From NCBI GenBank assembly GCA_030057555.1, contig JASGUU010000020.1:5286-69285 (forward strand): a stretch of 64,000 bases of DNA. Direction: 5' to 3'. Of this stretch, positions 56,780-64,000 are shown piece by piece; position 1 is the first letter of the stretch; every line of letters starts with the position of its first letter. The DNA comes from Bacillota bacterium. GTDB lineage: Bacteria > Bacillota > Clostridia > Saccharofermentanales > Fastidiosipilaceae. The notes beneath the pieces are model-generated. The model was not told the origin of the DNA, searched no databases, and worked only from the letters and a program-made list of their open reading frames with translations. A program made the translations under genes and the position numbers.

Positions 56780-56899
56780 GCTGCAACCGGTGGTAGTGCC
56801 GCAGTCGCTCGTCTGCGGCGACCTGGCTGCAACCGGTGGTGGTGCCGCAGTCGCTCGTCTGCGGCGACCTAGCTGCAACCGGTGGTGGTGCCGCAGTCG
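56780..56899 (-). repeat. 46-nt tandem repeat (2.6 copies) duplicating the last 9 codons of nrdJ
   Basis: gctgcaaccggtgg starts at 56780, 56826 and 56872. The third copy is the nrdJ 3' end (DCGTTTGCS-stop). Confidence 0.9.
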
Positions 56900-59800
56900 A
56901 GGCAGACTTTGCAGGTGCCGTTCTGGACCATGCGGGTCGAGGAGCAGGTCGGGCAGGTCGAACCGTCATAGACGCGTTCGCCGTGCAGGGCGGCCTCGCG
57001 GGCGCTTTCGTGAATGAAGCCGATACTGTAGGGATCGTCCCCGATTTCGGCCAGCAGCTCTTCCTCCTCCGCCTGGCGGGCGCGCATGGTATTGGCGAGG
57101 TCCACCACCGCCTGTGGATTCAGCAGCGGCGGCAGAGCCTCCTCAACATTCTCGGGGCGCACCTGGACACGGCTGAAATCGCCGAGTTCAATGTCGATGA
57201 TCTTCGAGATCAGGTCGGATATGCTGGTGACGTACTTGATATAGGGATGGCGCTGGACGAAGCCGTAGGGCTCGTACTTCTGGCCGCGCAGCATCTTCGC
57301 GATGTTCCAGGCGGGGATGCGGTACTGCAGCATGACGGAGATGGTCTTGGACAGCGAGTTCAAAAGGCCCATGATGGTCGTGCCCTCGCGGTCGGTGGTG
57401 ATGTAGATCTCGGAGATCTCGCCCTCGCTGTTGCGGTTGACGGTGGTATAGATCTTGACATCGTCAATCTGGGCCGGATGCGTGTGGCCGGAGCGGATGC
57501 CGACGAGCTTCGTGCGCCGCTGCACATCCGGGGTACTGGCGGCGACCGGCCGGTCGGCAACCGGAGGCGGAGCGGGGCTCTGGGCGGCCGCGGCCACGGA
57601 TGTCCGGGCCATCAGCTTCTGCTTGGCCCTGCGGGCGTAGTCGAGCAGGGCCTGATAGCTGAGGTTCTCGAGATCCTCTTCGCCGGCGCCATCCTCGAGA
57701 CGGACGTTCAGGGGCTGGGCGCTCTTTGAACCGTCGCGATAGAGCGTAATGCCCTTGACGCCGGTCTTCCAGGCCAGCATGACGACGTTTTTGAAGTCAT
57801 CCACCGTAGCCTCGCGGGGCAGATTGACGGTCTTCGAGATCGCTCCGGTGACAAAGGGCTGCAGGGCCGCAACCATCAGCACATGGCCGCGGGGCGCGAT
57901 ATAGCGCCTGCCGCTGCCGCAGGTATTGGCGGTATCGAAGATGGGCAGGTGCTCCTCGCGCAGGTAGGGCGCGCCCTCGATCTTCCCGTCGAGGATCATG
58001 CCGTTCTCGTCCTGCCTGCCGATGTATTCGTGTATGGCCTCGACCTCCTCCTCGCCATAGCCGAGACGGCGCAGGGCCACCGGGATGATGGGATTGGCGA
58101 GGGTCATGAAACCGCCGCCGACGAGCTTCTTATAGACAATGTGGGAGAAGAAGGGTTCGATGGAGGTCGCACCGCAGTCCATGGCGAAGGAGATGGTTCC
58201 GGTCGGAGCCATGACGGATACCTGGGCGTTGCGGTAGCCACTGGCCGCGCCGCGCTCGACGGCTTCGGTCCAGACCTCCTGAACCATGGCGGCCAGACCC
58301 GGCAGTCCGTCGCCCTCCAGAACATCGAGGTCGATGGTGTAGGGGGTGTAGCTGAGGCCCTCGAAGGCATCCTCGCGGACACCGGCGGCCCGGGCGTGGT
58401 TGCGGATGACGCGAAGCATGTGCTCGCGGTTGAGCTCATAGGCGTCAAAGGGACCAAGGATTTCTGCCATGCGGGCCGAGACGGCATAGGAATGCCCGGT
58501 CAGGACGGCGGCGAGGGCGGCCGCGAGGTTGCGCGCCGCCGGCGAATCGTAGGGCAGGCCGAGCACCATCAGGAGCGAGGCGAGGTTGGCGAGGCCGAGG
58601 CCGGTGGTGCGGAAGCGCCAGGTTTTGCGTGCGATATCCTCCGTGGGGAACTGCCCCCAGTGGATGGAGGCTTCGAGGACCAGCTGGACGAGGCCGATGA
58701 GATGGCGGTAGCCCGCGAGATCGAAGCGGCCCGTCTCCTCGTTGAAGAAGCCGTAGATGTTGATCGAGGCGAGATTACAGGAGGTGTCGTCGAGGAAGGC
58801 ATATTCGCCGCAGGGATTGGTGGAGTTGAGGCGGTTGTGGTGGGCGCCGACCTCGCCGTCCTCGCCGGCGGGACAGGTATGCCACTGGTTGAAGAGGTCG
58901 CTGAACTGCGGGGCCGGATCGGCGCAGCGCCAGGCCGACTCGTTCATGAGATTCCAGAGGTCGGCGACGCGGACATCGCGGTTGACCGTGTCGTCGATGC
59001 GTCCGCGCAGCGTGATGGTGGCGTCGGGATCGATGTCGAGGAGATCAACCTTCTTCATGAAGTCGTCCGAGAGGCGCAGGGAATTGTTCGAGTTCTGACC
59101 GGAAACCGTGCTGTAGGCCTCGCCGTCGATGGAGCCGTCGTAGCCCATCTTGATCAGGGCGGCGACCTTGTCCTCCTCCTTCGCCTTCCAGGAGATAAAA
59201 CGCTCGATTTCGGGATGATCGATGTCGAGGCAGACCATCTTCGCGGCGCGGCGGGTGGTGCCGCCGGACTTGATCGCGCCGGCGTTGCGGTCGAGCCCTT
59301 TCAGAAAGCTCATCAGGCCGGAGGAGACGCCGCCGCCCGAGAGACGCTCGCCCTCGGCGCGGATGCTCGAGAAGTTGGTGCCGGTGCCGGAGCCGCCTTT
59401 GAACAGCTTGGTCTCGGTGACGTAGCTGTCGGAGATCGAGTGCGGTCCCAGCAGCTTGTCCTCGATCGAGAGAATGAAGCATGCCGAGGCCTGGGTGCGG
59501 GTGTAGTCGTCCTCGGAGAGAACCGTCTCGCCCCGCTCCTCGTCATAGTAGTAGTTTCCGTTGCCGGTACCCTCGATGCCGTAGGCACGCTTGAGACCGG
59601 TGTTGAACCACTGCGGCGAGTTCGGGGCAAAGAGCTGGGCCAGCATGCCGTAGGCGAGTTCATCGTAGAGGATCCGACGCTCCTCCCCTTCGGCTATCAG
59701 GCCCTCGTCGACCAGGGCGGCGACCCAGAAGTCAACCATGCGGTGGACGATCTGGCGCATGCTGGTCTCATGTCCGGTCCCGGGCACGCCTGCCTTGCGG

Positions 59801-60048
59801 AAGTACTTCGAGGCGATGATGTCGCAGGCGTTCTGCGTGTAGTGGGCCGGAAACTCGAGGTCCTCCATGTCGAGCAGAGTTTCGCCTGTCTTATAGTCGA
59901 GCAGGTGGACATCGCGGCGCTCCCAGGTGAACAGGTCATATACCGTACGCTCCAGGTCGGCGGCCAGGGCGCGCGTGAAGTAGCGCTCGATCAGGGGCGG
60001 GGCGGTGTGCGGGCGGACGGCCGCCTGGGCTTTGGCTTTGGCGCTCAT
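56869..60048 (-). CDS. nrdJ: Adenosylcobalamin-dependent (class II) ribonucleotide reductase
   Basis: Long-form class II RNR with catalytic NPCGE (STNPCGEY) and a C-terminal Cys-rich tail CPTCSS...CKVCLDCGTTTGCS. ATG 60048 after GGAGGAAA. Confidence 0.93.
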   Translation of the reverse strand: MSAKAKAQAAVRPHTAPPLIERYFTRALAADLERTVYDLFTWERRDVHLLDYKTGETLLDMEDLEFPAHYTQNACDIIASKYFRKAGVPGTGHETSMRQIVHRMVDFWVAALVDEGLIAEGEERRILYDELAYGMLAQLFAPNSPQWFNTGLKRAYGIEGTGNGNYYYDEERGETVLSEDDYTRTQASACFILSIEDKLLGPHSISDSYVTETKLFKGGSGTGTNFSSIRAEGERLSGGGVSSGLMSFLKGLDRNAGAIKSGGTTRRAAKMVCLDIDHPEIERFISWKAKEEDKVAALIKMGYDGSIDGEAYSTVSGQNSNNSLRLSDDFMKKVDLLDIDPDATITLRGRIDDTVNRDVRVADLWNLMNESAWRCADPAPQFSDLFNQWHTCPAGEDGEVGAHHNRLNSTNPCGEYAFLDDTSCNLASINIYGFFNEETGRFDLAGYRHLIGLVQLVLEASIHWGQFPTEDIARKTWRFRTTGLGLANLASLLMVLGLPYDSPAARNLAAALAAVLTGHSYAVSARMAEILGPFDAYELNREHMLRVIRNHARAAGVREDAFEGLSYTPYTIDLDVLEGDGLPGLAAMVQEVWTEAVERGAASGYRNAQVSVMAPTGTISFAMDCGATSIEPFFSHIVYKKLVGGGFMTLANPIIPVALRRLGYGEEEVEAIHEYIGRQDENGMILDGKIEGAPYLREEHLPIFDTANTCGSGRRYIAPRGHVLMVAALQPFVTGAISKTVNLPREATVDDFKNVVMLAWKTGVKGITLYRDGSKSAQPLNVRLEDGAGEEDLENLSYQALLDYARRAKQKLMARTSVAAAAQSPAPPPVADRPVAASTPDVQRRTKLVGIRSGHTHPAQIDDVKIYTTVNRNSEGEISEIYITTDREGTTIMGLLNSLSKTISVMLQYRIPAWNIAKMLRGQKYEPYGFVQRHPYIKYVTSISDLISKIIDIELGDFSRVQVRPENVEEALPPLLNPQAVVDLANTMRARQAEEEELLAEIGDDPYSIGFIHESAREAALHGERVYDGSTCPTCSSTRMVQNGTCKVCLDCGTTTGCS

Positions 60049-60145
60049 GGTTTCCTCCGAAAAGGAAGCGGACGCGTGAGGCGGCCGCTTCGAATGTACT
60101 GGAACCCAACCGTACACCAGATTTGCGGTGATGACAAGCGCACAG

Positions 60146-60192
60146 ACACTACATCTAGTCCCCTCTCACGAGCAATGCACTATATCTAGCGT
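60146..60192 (-). promoter_or_regulatory. Two NrdR-type boxes, 31 bp centre to centre
   Basis: acactacatctagtcc (60146-60161) and gcactatatctagcgt (60177-60192) match acaCwAtATaTwGtgt at 12/16 and 13/16. Located 100-145 nt upstream of nrdJ. Confidence 0.6.
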
Positions 60193-60206
60193 CTGCATCG
60201 TTCCAA
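60179..60206 (-). promoter_or_regulatory. Putative sigma-70-type promoter of nrdJ (TTGGAA-16-TATAGT)
   Basis: Minus strand: TTGGAA at 60206-60201 and TATAGT at 60184-60179. The -10 lies inside the distal NrdR box. Confidence 0.4.
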
Positions 60207-60471
60207 CCCGAAAGCTGCCATACAGGCTTCAGGACCGCCTCCAGCTAACATGCTGACATCAGGCAGGCAGGGGCTGCAGGCAGATTTCATGGAATTGTGA
60301 CAAAATTATGACAGCCATCTAACAACTTGCAGCACATGCTCCAGCCGCACAGCCGAACGTGTCCGGAGTCGGGCAGAAAGCTACTCTGCCGGGCTCGCCC
60401 CGCCGCAGCCTGGGTCCGCGCCTCAGCTGACAACGTTTCCGCGACAGGACATCCCCCTGCTTAGGATTCCT

Positions 60472-60625
60472 GACCCGGGTACAATATGCAGTGAGCAATA
60501 AATCGATTTATGCGCATTTATGCGTGTATAACTCGGATTATTGTGCAAATATTGCTCAATATTTCGACTTATGTACGGAATTGCGTGTACAGGTCGCTTT
60601 TTTGCTCACGCCTGGTTATGCATCA
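60472..60625 (+). repeat. Low-GC intergenic element, copy 2 of 2
   Basis: Same ordered sequence blocks as 50600-50774. Ends with a short hairpin and TTTTTT (60598-60603). Confidence 0.6.
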
Positions 60626-60691
60626 GGCAGCAGCCTCCGCATCAGGCGCCGGCTGCAGTCGGCGCGGCCGCCCGGACGGGCTGGACGGGCT

Positions 60692-63220
60692 TCAGGACAT
60701 GCCGCGCTGGACATCGATGACATCACGTACGGCCTTCAGGCGCCCGATGACACGGTCGAGCTGGGCCTGCGAGCTGATCTCGATTTCGAGGTGCAGGGTG
60801 GCGGTGACATCCTTATAGGCATGGACATTGCCGGAGAGGATGGAGATCTTCTCGTCGGCGATGGCGGTGGAGATATCGCCCAGCAGGTGATTGCGGTCGT
60901 GGGCAAGTATACGCAGCTCGACGCGGTAGAACTGGCCCTTCTCCTCCTCCTCGTCCCAGTAGACATCTATCAGACGGGAGGCCCGCTCGGCGTCGGCTGC
61001 ATTTCGGGAGGCGGAGGCCATGATGTTGCGGATGTTCTTGCAGTCGCTGCGGTGGACGGAGACGCCTTTGCCTCTGGTAATGAAGCCAACGATGGGATCG
61101 CCCGGCAGGGGATTGCAGCAGCGGGCGAGGTTCACCAGACAGTTGTCCATGCCGCTGACCGTGATGCCGAGATCGTTCGGCTTCCGGCGGCGGCGCTTCT
61201 TCCCGGGTGGATGCTGGGGCAGGATTTCGCCCTCTTCGGTAACCTGCATCAGCTGGGGCTCGTAGATGACCTGCCCGGACGGGGAGACCCGGTAGCCGAG
61301 TTCACTGCGCTCTTCGGGCGACAGATCGCGGATGAATTCGTCGCGCAGGCGCGGTATGACCTTCCCGGTGGAGAGGGTGCCGTGGCCGATGGTGGCGTAG
61401 AGGTCGTCGAGGCTGCTCAGGTTGTAGCGCTGCAGCATGGAGTCGACATAGGCGGGCTTCATCAGCTGCATGGGCGTGAAGCCGGTGCGCTTGAGTTCGC
61501 GCTCGAAGGCTTCCTTGCCCCGCTGAATGTTCTCGTCACGCATGGCGCGCTTGAACCAGTTGTTGATCTTCTGGCGCGCCGAGGAGGACTTGACGATTTT
61601 CAGCCAGTCGCGGCTCGGTCCGTGGACATTGTCACTGGTCAGGATTTCGACGATATCGCCATTCTGCAGCTCATAGCTGAGCGGGGCGATGCGTCCGTTG
61701 ACCTTCGCTCCATACATGCGGTTGCCGATGCCGGAGTGGACGGCATAGGCAAAGTCGATCGGACCGGCACCCGCAGGCAGGCCGATGACATCGCCGCGCG
61801 GGGTAAAGACGTAGACCTGCTCGCTGACAAGGCCGTTTTTAAGCGATTCCAGGTATTCCGAGGCGTCGCGCAGATCCTTCTGCCAGTCCAGCAGCTGGCG
61901 CAGCCAGGCGAGCTTCGAATCGAGGTCGTCCTTCGCTGCCTCCCCGGCAGACAGCTTGTCGCCCTCCTTATACTTCCAGTGGGCGGCGAGGCCGTACTCG
62001 GCCGTACGGTGCATGGCAACCGTGCGGATCTGCACCTCGAAGGGTATGCCGCCGGGCCCGATCACGGTGGTGTGCAGCGACTGGTACATGTTGGGCTTGG
62101 GCAGGGATATGTAATCCTTAAAGCGGCCGGGCATGGGCTTATAGAGCTCGTGGACGAGGCCCAGAACGCTGTAGCATTCATGGATGCTTTCGACGATGAT
62201 GCGGCAGGCGAAGAGGTCGAAGATCTCATCGAGATTGCGTTCCTTGAACTTCATTTTCCGATAAATGGAATAGAAGTGCTTCGGGCGGCCCTCTATCTCG
62301 CAGTCAATGCCCATCTCGCGGGTATGACGGCGCAGCTCGACGATGACCTGTTCGAGATAGGCCTCGCGTTCGCCGCGGCGCTGCGAAATGGCGCCGACGA
62401 GCTCGTAGTAGGCGGAGGGGTCCAGATAGCGCAGACAGAGATCCTCGAGCTCCCATTTCCAGCGATAGATGCCGAGACGGCTCGAAAGCGGGGCGTAGAT
62501 GTCCAGTGTCTCCTCGGCGATGCGGCGCTGCTTCTCGCGTGGCATGTATTTCATCGTGCGCATGTTGTGCAGACGGTCGGCCAGCTTGATCCAGACGACA
62601 CGGATGTCCTTCGCCATGGCCAGAAACATTTTTCGAAAGTTTTCAGCCTGCATCTCCTCGTGGGAGCTGTAGCTGATTTTGTCCAGCTTGGTCACGCCCT
62701 CAACCAGCTCGGTCACAGCGGTGCCGAAATAGCGCGTCACGAGCTCAGCTGTCAGCGGGGTGTCCTCGATCGTGTCGTGGAGGACGGCGGCGAGCAGGGT
62801 GTCGCGGTCCGTCTCGAGCTCGGCCAGCAGGTCGGCAACCGCGATCGGGTGCAGAATATAGGGTTCCCCGTGGACGCGCTTCTGGGCGTGATGCATGCGG
62901 ATGGCAACCACCAGAGCCGCGGTCAGCTGCGGGATGTCGTCGGGACGGCTCGGCCGCTGCTCTCCCCTGATCGTGGCTGACGCCAGTGCGCTGTGACCGC
63001 GCCGATGGTGCAGCAGTTCCTCGACGGCCGTCAGGACCTGCTCACGATAGTTGGCATCGACATGGGTATTGATGCTGTCCAGCAGATCGTCATGTTCCAT
63101 GCCGAACCCGGGCCCGGCGGCGAGAAAGCGGTCCTCGACGGGCCCCAGCAGTTCACGGAGCTCCTCCGGCAGTTCGAAACTCTGTGTTCGTCTGGTCTTT
63201 GTTCGCGTCGTCGTACTCAT
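60692..63220 (-). CDS. relA: Bifunctional (p)ppGpp synthetase/hydrolase, long RSH
   Basis: HD hydrolase (HPIAVADLL...LHDTIEDT), synthetase (YQSLHTTV...EVQIRT), TGS and ACT-like C-terminus. ATGA overlap with the recJ stop. Confidence 0.93.
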   Translation of the reverse strand: MSTTTRTKTRRTQSFELPEELRELLGPVEDRFLAAGPGFGMEHDDLLDSINTHVDANYREQVLTAVEELLHHRRGHSALASATIRGEQRPSRPDDIPQLTAALVVAIRMHHAQKRVHGEPYILHPIAVADLLAELETDRDTLLAAVLHDTIEDTPLTAELVTRYFGTAVTELVEGVTKLDKISYSSHEEMQAENFRKMFLAMAKDIRVVWIKLADRLHNMRTMKYMPREKQRRIAEETLDIYAPLSSRLGIYRWKWELEDLCLRYLDPSAYYELVGAISQRRGEREAYLEQVIVELRRHTREMGIDCEIEGRPKHFYSIYRKMKFKERNLDEIFDLFACRIIVESIHECYSVLGLVHELYKPMPGRFKDYISLPKPNMYQSLHTTVIGPGGIPFEVQIRTVAMHRTAEYGLAAHWKYKEGDKLSAGEAAKDDLDSKLAWLRQLLDWQKDLRDASEYLESLKNGLVSEQVYVFTPRGDVIGLPAGAGPIDFAYAVHSGIGNRMYGAKVNGRIAPLSYELQNGDIVEILTSDNVHGPSRDWLKIVKSSSARQKINNWFKRAMRDENIQRGKEAFERELKRTGFTPMQLMKPAYVDSMLQRYNLSSLDDLYATIGHGTLSTGKVIPRLRDEFIRDLSPEERSELGYRVSPSGQVIYEPQLMQVTEEGEILPQHPPGKKRRRRKPNDLGITVSGMDNCLVNLARCCNPLPGDPIVGFITRGKGVSVHRSDCKNIRNIMASASRNAADAERASRLIDVYWDEEEEKGQFYRVELRILAHDRNHLLGDISTAIADEKISILSGNVHAYKDVTATLHLEIEISSQAQLDRVIGRLKAVRDVIDVQRGMS

Positions 63221-64000
63221 TCGAACTCCCTCCCTTCGGCCGGGACCGGAGCGGACACAAGGCGCTCCCAGGTGGCGGTGGCATACAGGTCAACGCGTTT
63301 CGTTACCGGCAGCATGGCGACAATCAGCCGGCTGCCGGTGGCCGGGCGGCGGACGATCAGGCCCGCCTCATGATAGATGTCGAGAATGCGGCGCAGGCGG
63401 AAGCGGTCGGCAGCGGGCGTGGAGCTGTCGGGCAGCCCCTCGCGCAGGTGCTCGAGATCGAGAGTCGCACCGTGCGCGGGCAGGCGGTCGCGCAGGCGGG
63501 TGTAGACCGCCGCGAGCTGGCCGCGGGTTGGCAGCAGGTCGAAGGCGTCGAGACCGGCAATGGCGGCAATGTCAGCGAGACTCCAGTCCGGGAAGCTCCG
63601 CCAGCAGTCCTCGAGACTGAGACCCGACGTGTCGGCCGCGGCGCAGTCGGCCGACTCCGGCCCGATATCTCTCACATTCAGCTGCAGTCTGCTGACGCCG
63701 CGAAAACGGTTGACCCCCAGTGCGGCGATGATCTCGAGCGGACCCGTGCCCGCCGCCAGATCTTCCAGTTTGTCACCGGCACCAAACCAGACGCCCCCGA
63801 TTCTGCTCTCGGCTCCCTCGCCGATCAGTTCAAGGCGCAGATGCTGGCTCTCACGACCCATTGTCTGCATCTCGAGGATATAGAGCCCGGGCAGGTGAAA
63901 CAGCGGCTCCTCGTTGCCCCTGCCATAGGGTTCGAGGCGCTCGATGGCCTCGGCGGTCTCAAGCGTCAATTCATCGGCATAGAGACGACTGTCGAATATC
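63217..64000 (-). CDS. recJ: Single-stranded-DNA-specific exonuclease RecJ, C-terminal part (5' end outside window)
   Basis: LEPYGRGNEEPLF and the following OB-like region are typical of the RecJ C-terminus. The frame is open to the window edge. recJ-relA order is common in Firmicutes. Confidence 0.85.
   Translation of the reverse strand, partial: IFDSRLYADELTLETAEAIERLEPYGRGNEEPLFHLPGLYILEMQTMGRESQHLRLELIGEGAESRIGGVWFGAGDKLEDLAAGTGPLEIIAALGVNRFRGVSRLQLNVRDIGPESADCAAADTSGLSLEDCWRSFPDWSLADIAAIAGLDAFDLLPTRGQLAAVYTRLRDRLPAHGATLDLEHLREGLPDSSTPAADRFRLRRILDIYHEAGLIVRRPATGSRLIVAMLPVTKRVDLYATATWERLVSAPVPAEGREFE

Noticed and set aside
56780-56899. Diversity-generating retroelement (TR/VR pair) at the nrdJ 3' end
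   Set aside because: There is no reverse transcriptase nearby. The copies are tandem and nearly identical rather than differing at adenines, and the unit is only 46 nt.
60049-60145. Cobalamin riboswitch upstream of the B12-dependent nrdJ
   Set aside because: No B12-box-like sequence was seen between the predicted promoter and the start codon, and the leader is only about 125 nt. B12 riboswitches normally control B12-independent isozymes or transport, not nrdJ.
57883-60189. Long antisense or out-of-frame ORFs inside well-supported genes. Examples: 2295..3395, 13105..14289, 14732..16063, 17296..18525, 18176..19387, 24303..25697, 27889..30135, 38794..40719, 41020..42879, 43001..43981, 44641..45639, 55342..56601, 57883..60189, 60491..62980.
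   Set aside because: These are typical high-GC shadow ORFs. They are Arg/Gly/Ala/Pro-rich and low-complexity, with no recognisable motifs. Each lies opposite a gene with strong family signatures.
1-64000. Scan for tRNA, rRNA, tmRNA, RNase P, SRP RNA, integrase/transposase, prophage or defence-island genes
   Set aside because: No T-loop (GGTTCGA.TCC) in a cloverleaf context, no rRNA-like conserved blocks and no hallmark protein motifs were found by eye. A proper tRNAscan/Infernal/HMM run is still needed to exclude small RNAs.

Overview
High-GC chromosomal segment; hand counts of sample lines give about 58-68% GC in most genes. The gene content looks like an anaerobic Firmicutes/Clostridia-type bacterium. 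That is an inference from AddAB, RNase J, TmcAL/YlbM, desulfoferrodoxin, pta-ackA, greA-lysS, recJ-relA and a B12-dependent class II RNR.

I can support about 47 protein genes, nearly all housekeeping:
- Central metabolism: pyk, pta, ackA, guaB, trxB, dfx, aldehyde dehydrogenase, sugar kinases.
- Translation and RNA: lysS, tyrS, rpsT, tadA, tmcAL, rnj, a pseudouridine synthase, greA.
- DNA and nucleotides: addB-addA, recJ (partial), nrdJ, relA/spoT.
- A lipid-related cluster: acyl ligase, PlsC-like acyltransferase, lipid kinase, ACP paralog, MarR.
- A MacAB-like ABC efflux operon.
- A sugar symporter/oxidoreductase pair, and several small membrane protein/XRE regulator pairs.

I saw no rRNA, tRNA, CRISPR array, cas gene, reverse transcriptase, integrase, transposase or recognisable defence gene.

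The unusual content is non-coding:
1. A large modular element occurs in two inverted copies (8118-8927 and 37055-37498). It has conserved arms around an expandable array of exactly phased 71-nt double-hairpin units. A third, arm-less array lies at 22386-22640.
2. A second family of palindromic units (tgtgcaaaattt...aaattttgcaca type) splits addB from addA (26579-26708). A related pair lies at 46494-46640, again in about 71-72-nt phase.
3. A third low-GC intergenic element of about 155-175 nt occurs in two copies (50600-50774 and 60472-60625).

Other points:
- A 46-nt tandem repeat duplicates the 3' end of nrdJ.
- Tandem NrdR-type boxes overlap a putative nrdJ promoter.
- An in-frame TAG interrupts a quinone-oxidoreductase gene at a conserved Gln position.
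- A low-GC island carries an orphan HemN-like radical SAM gene.
- LysRS is fused to a C-terminal tRNA-binding domain.
- RNase J has an Arg-rich extension of about 173 aa.
- A decayed low-GC stretch lies at 46150-47560.

I did not find a convincing novel protein-based system. The best candidate for something undescribed is the modular non-coding element. That call depends on genome-wide, Rfam and ISfinder searches that I cannot run.
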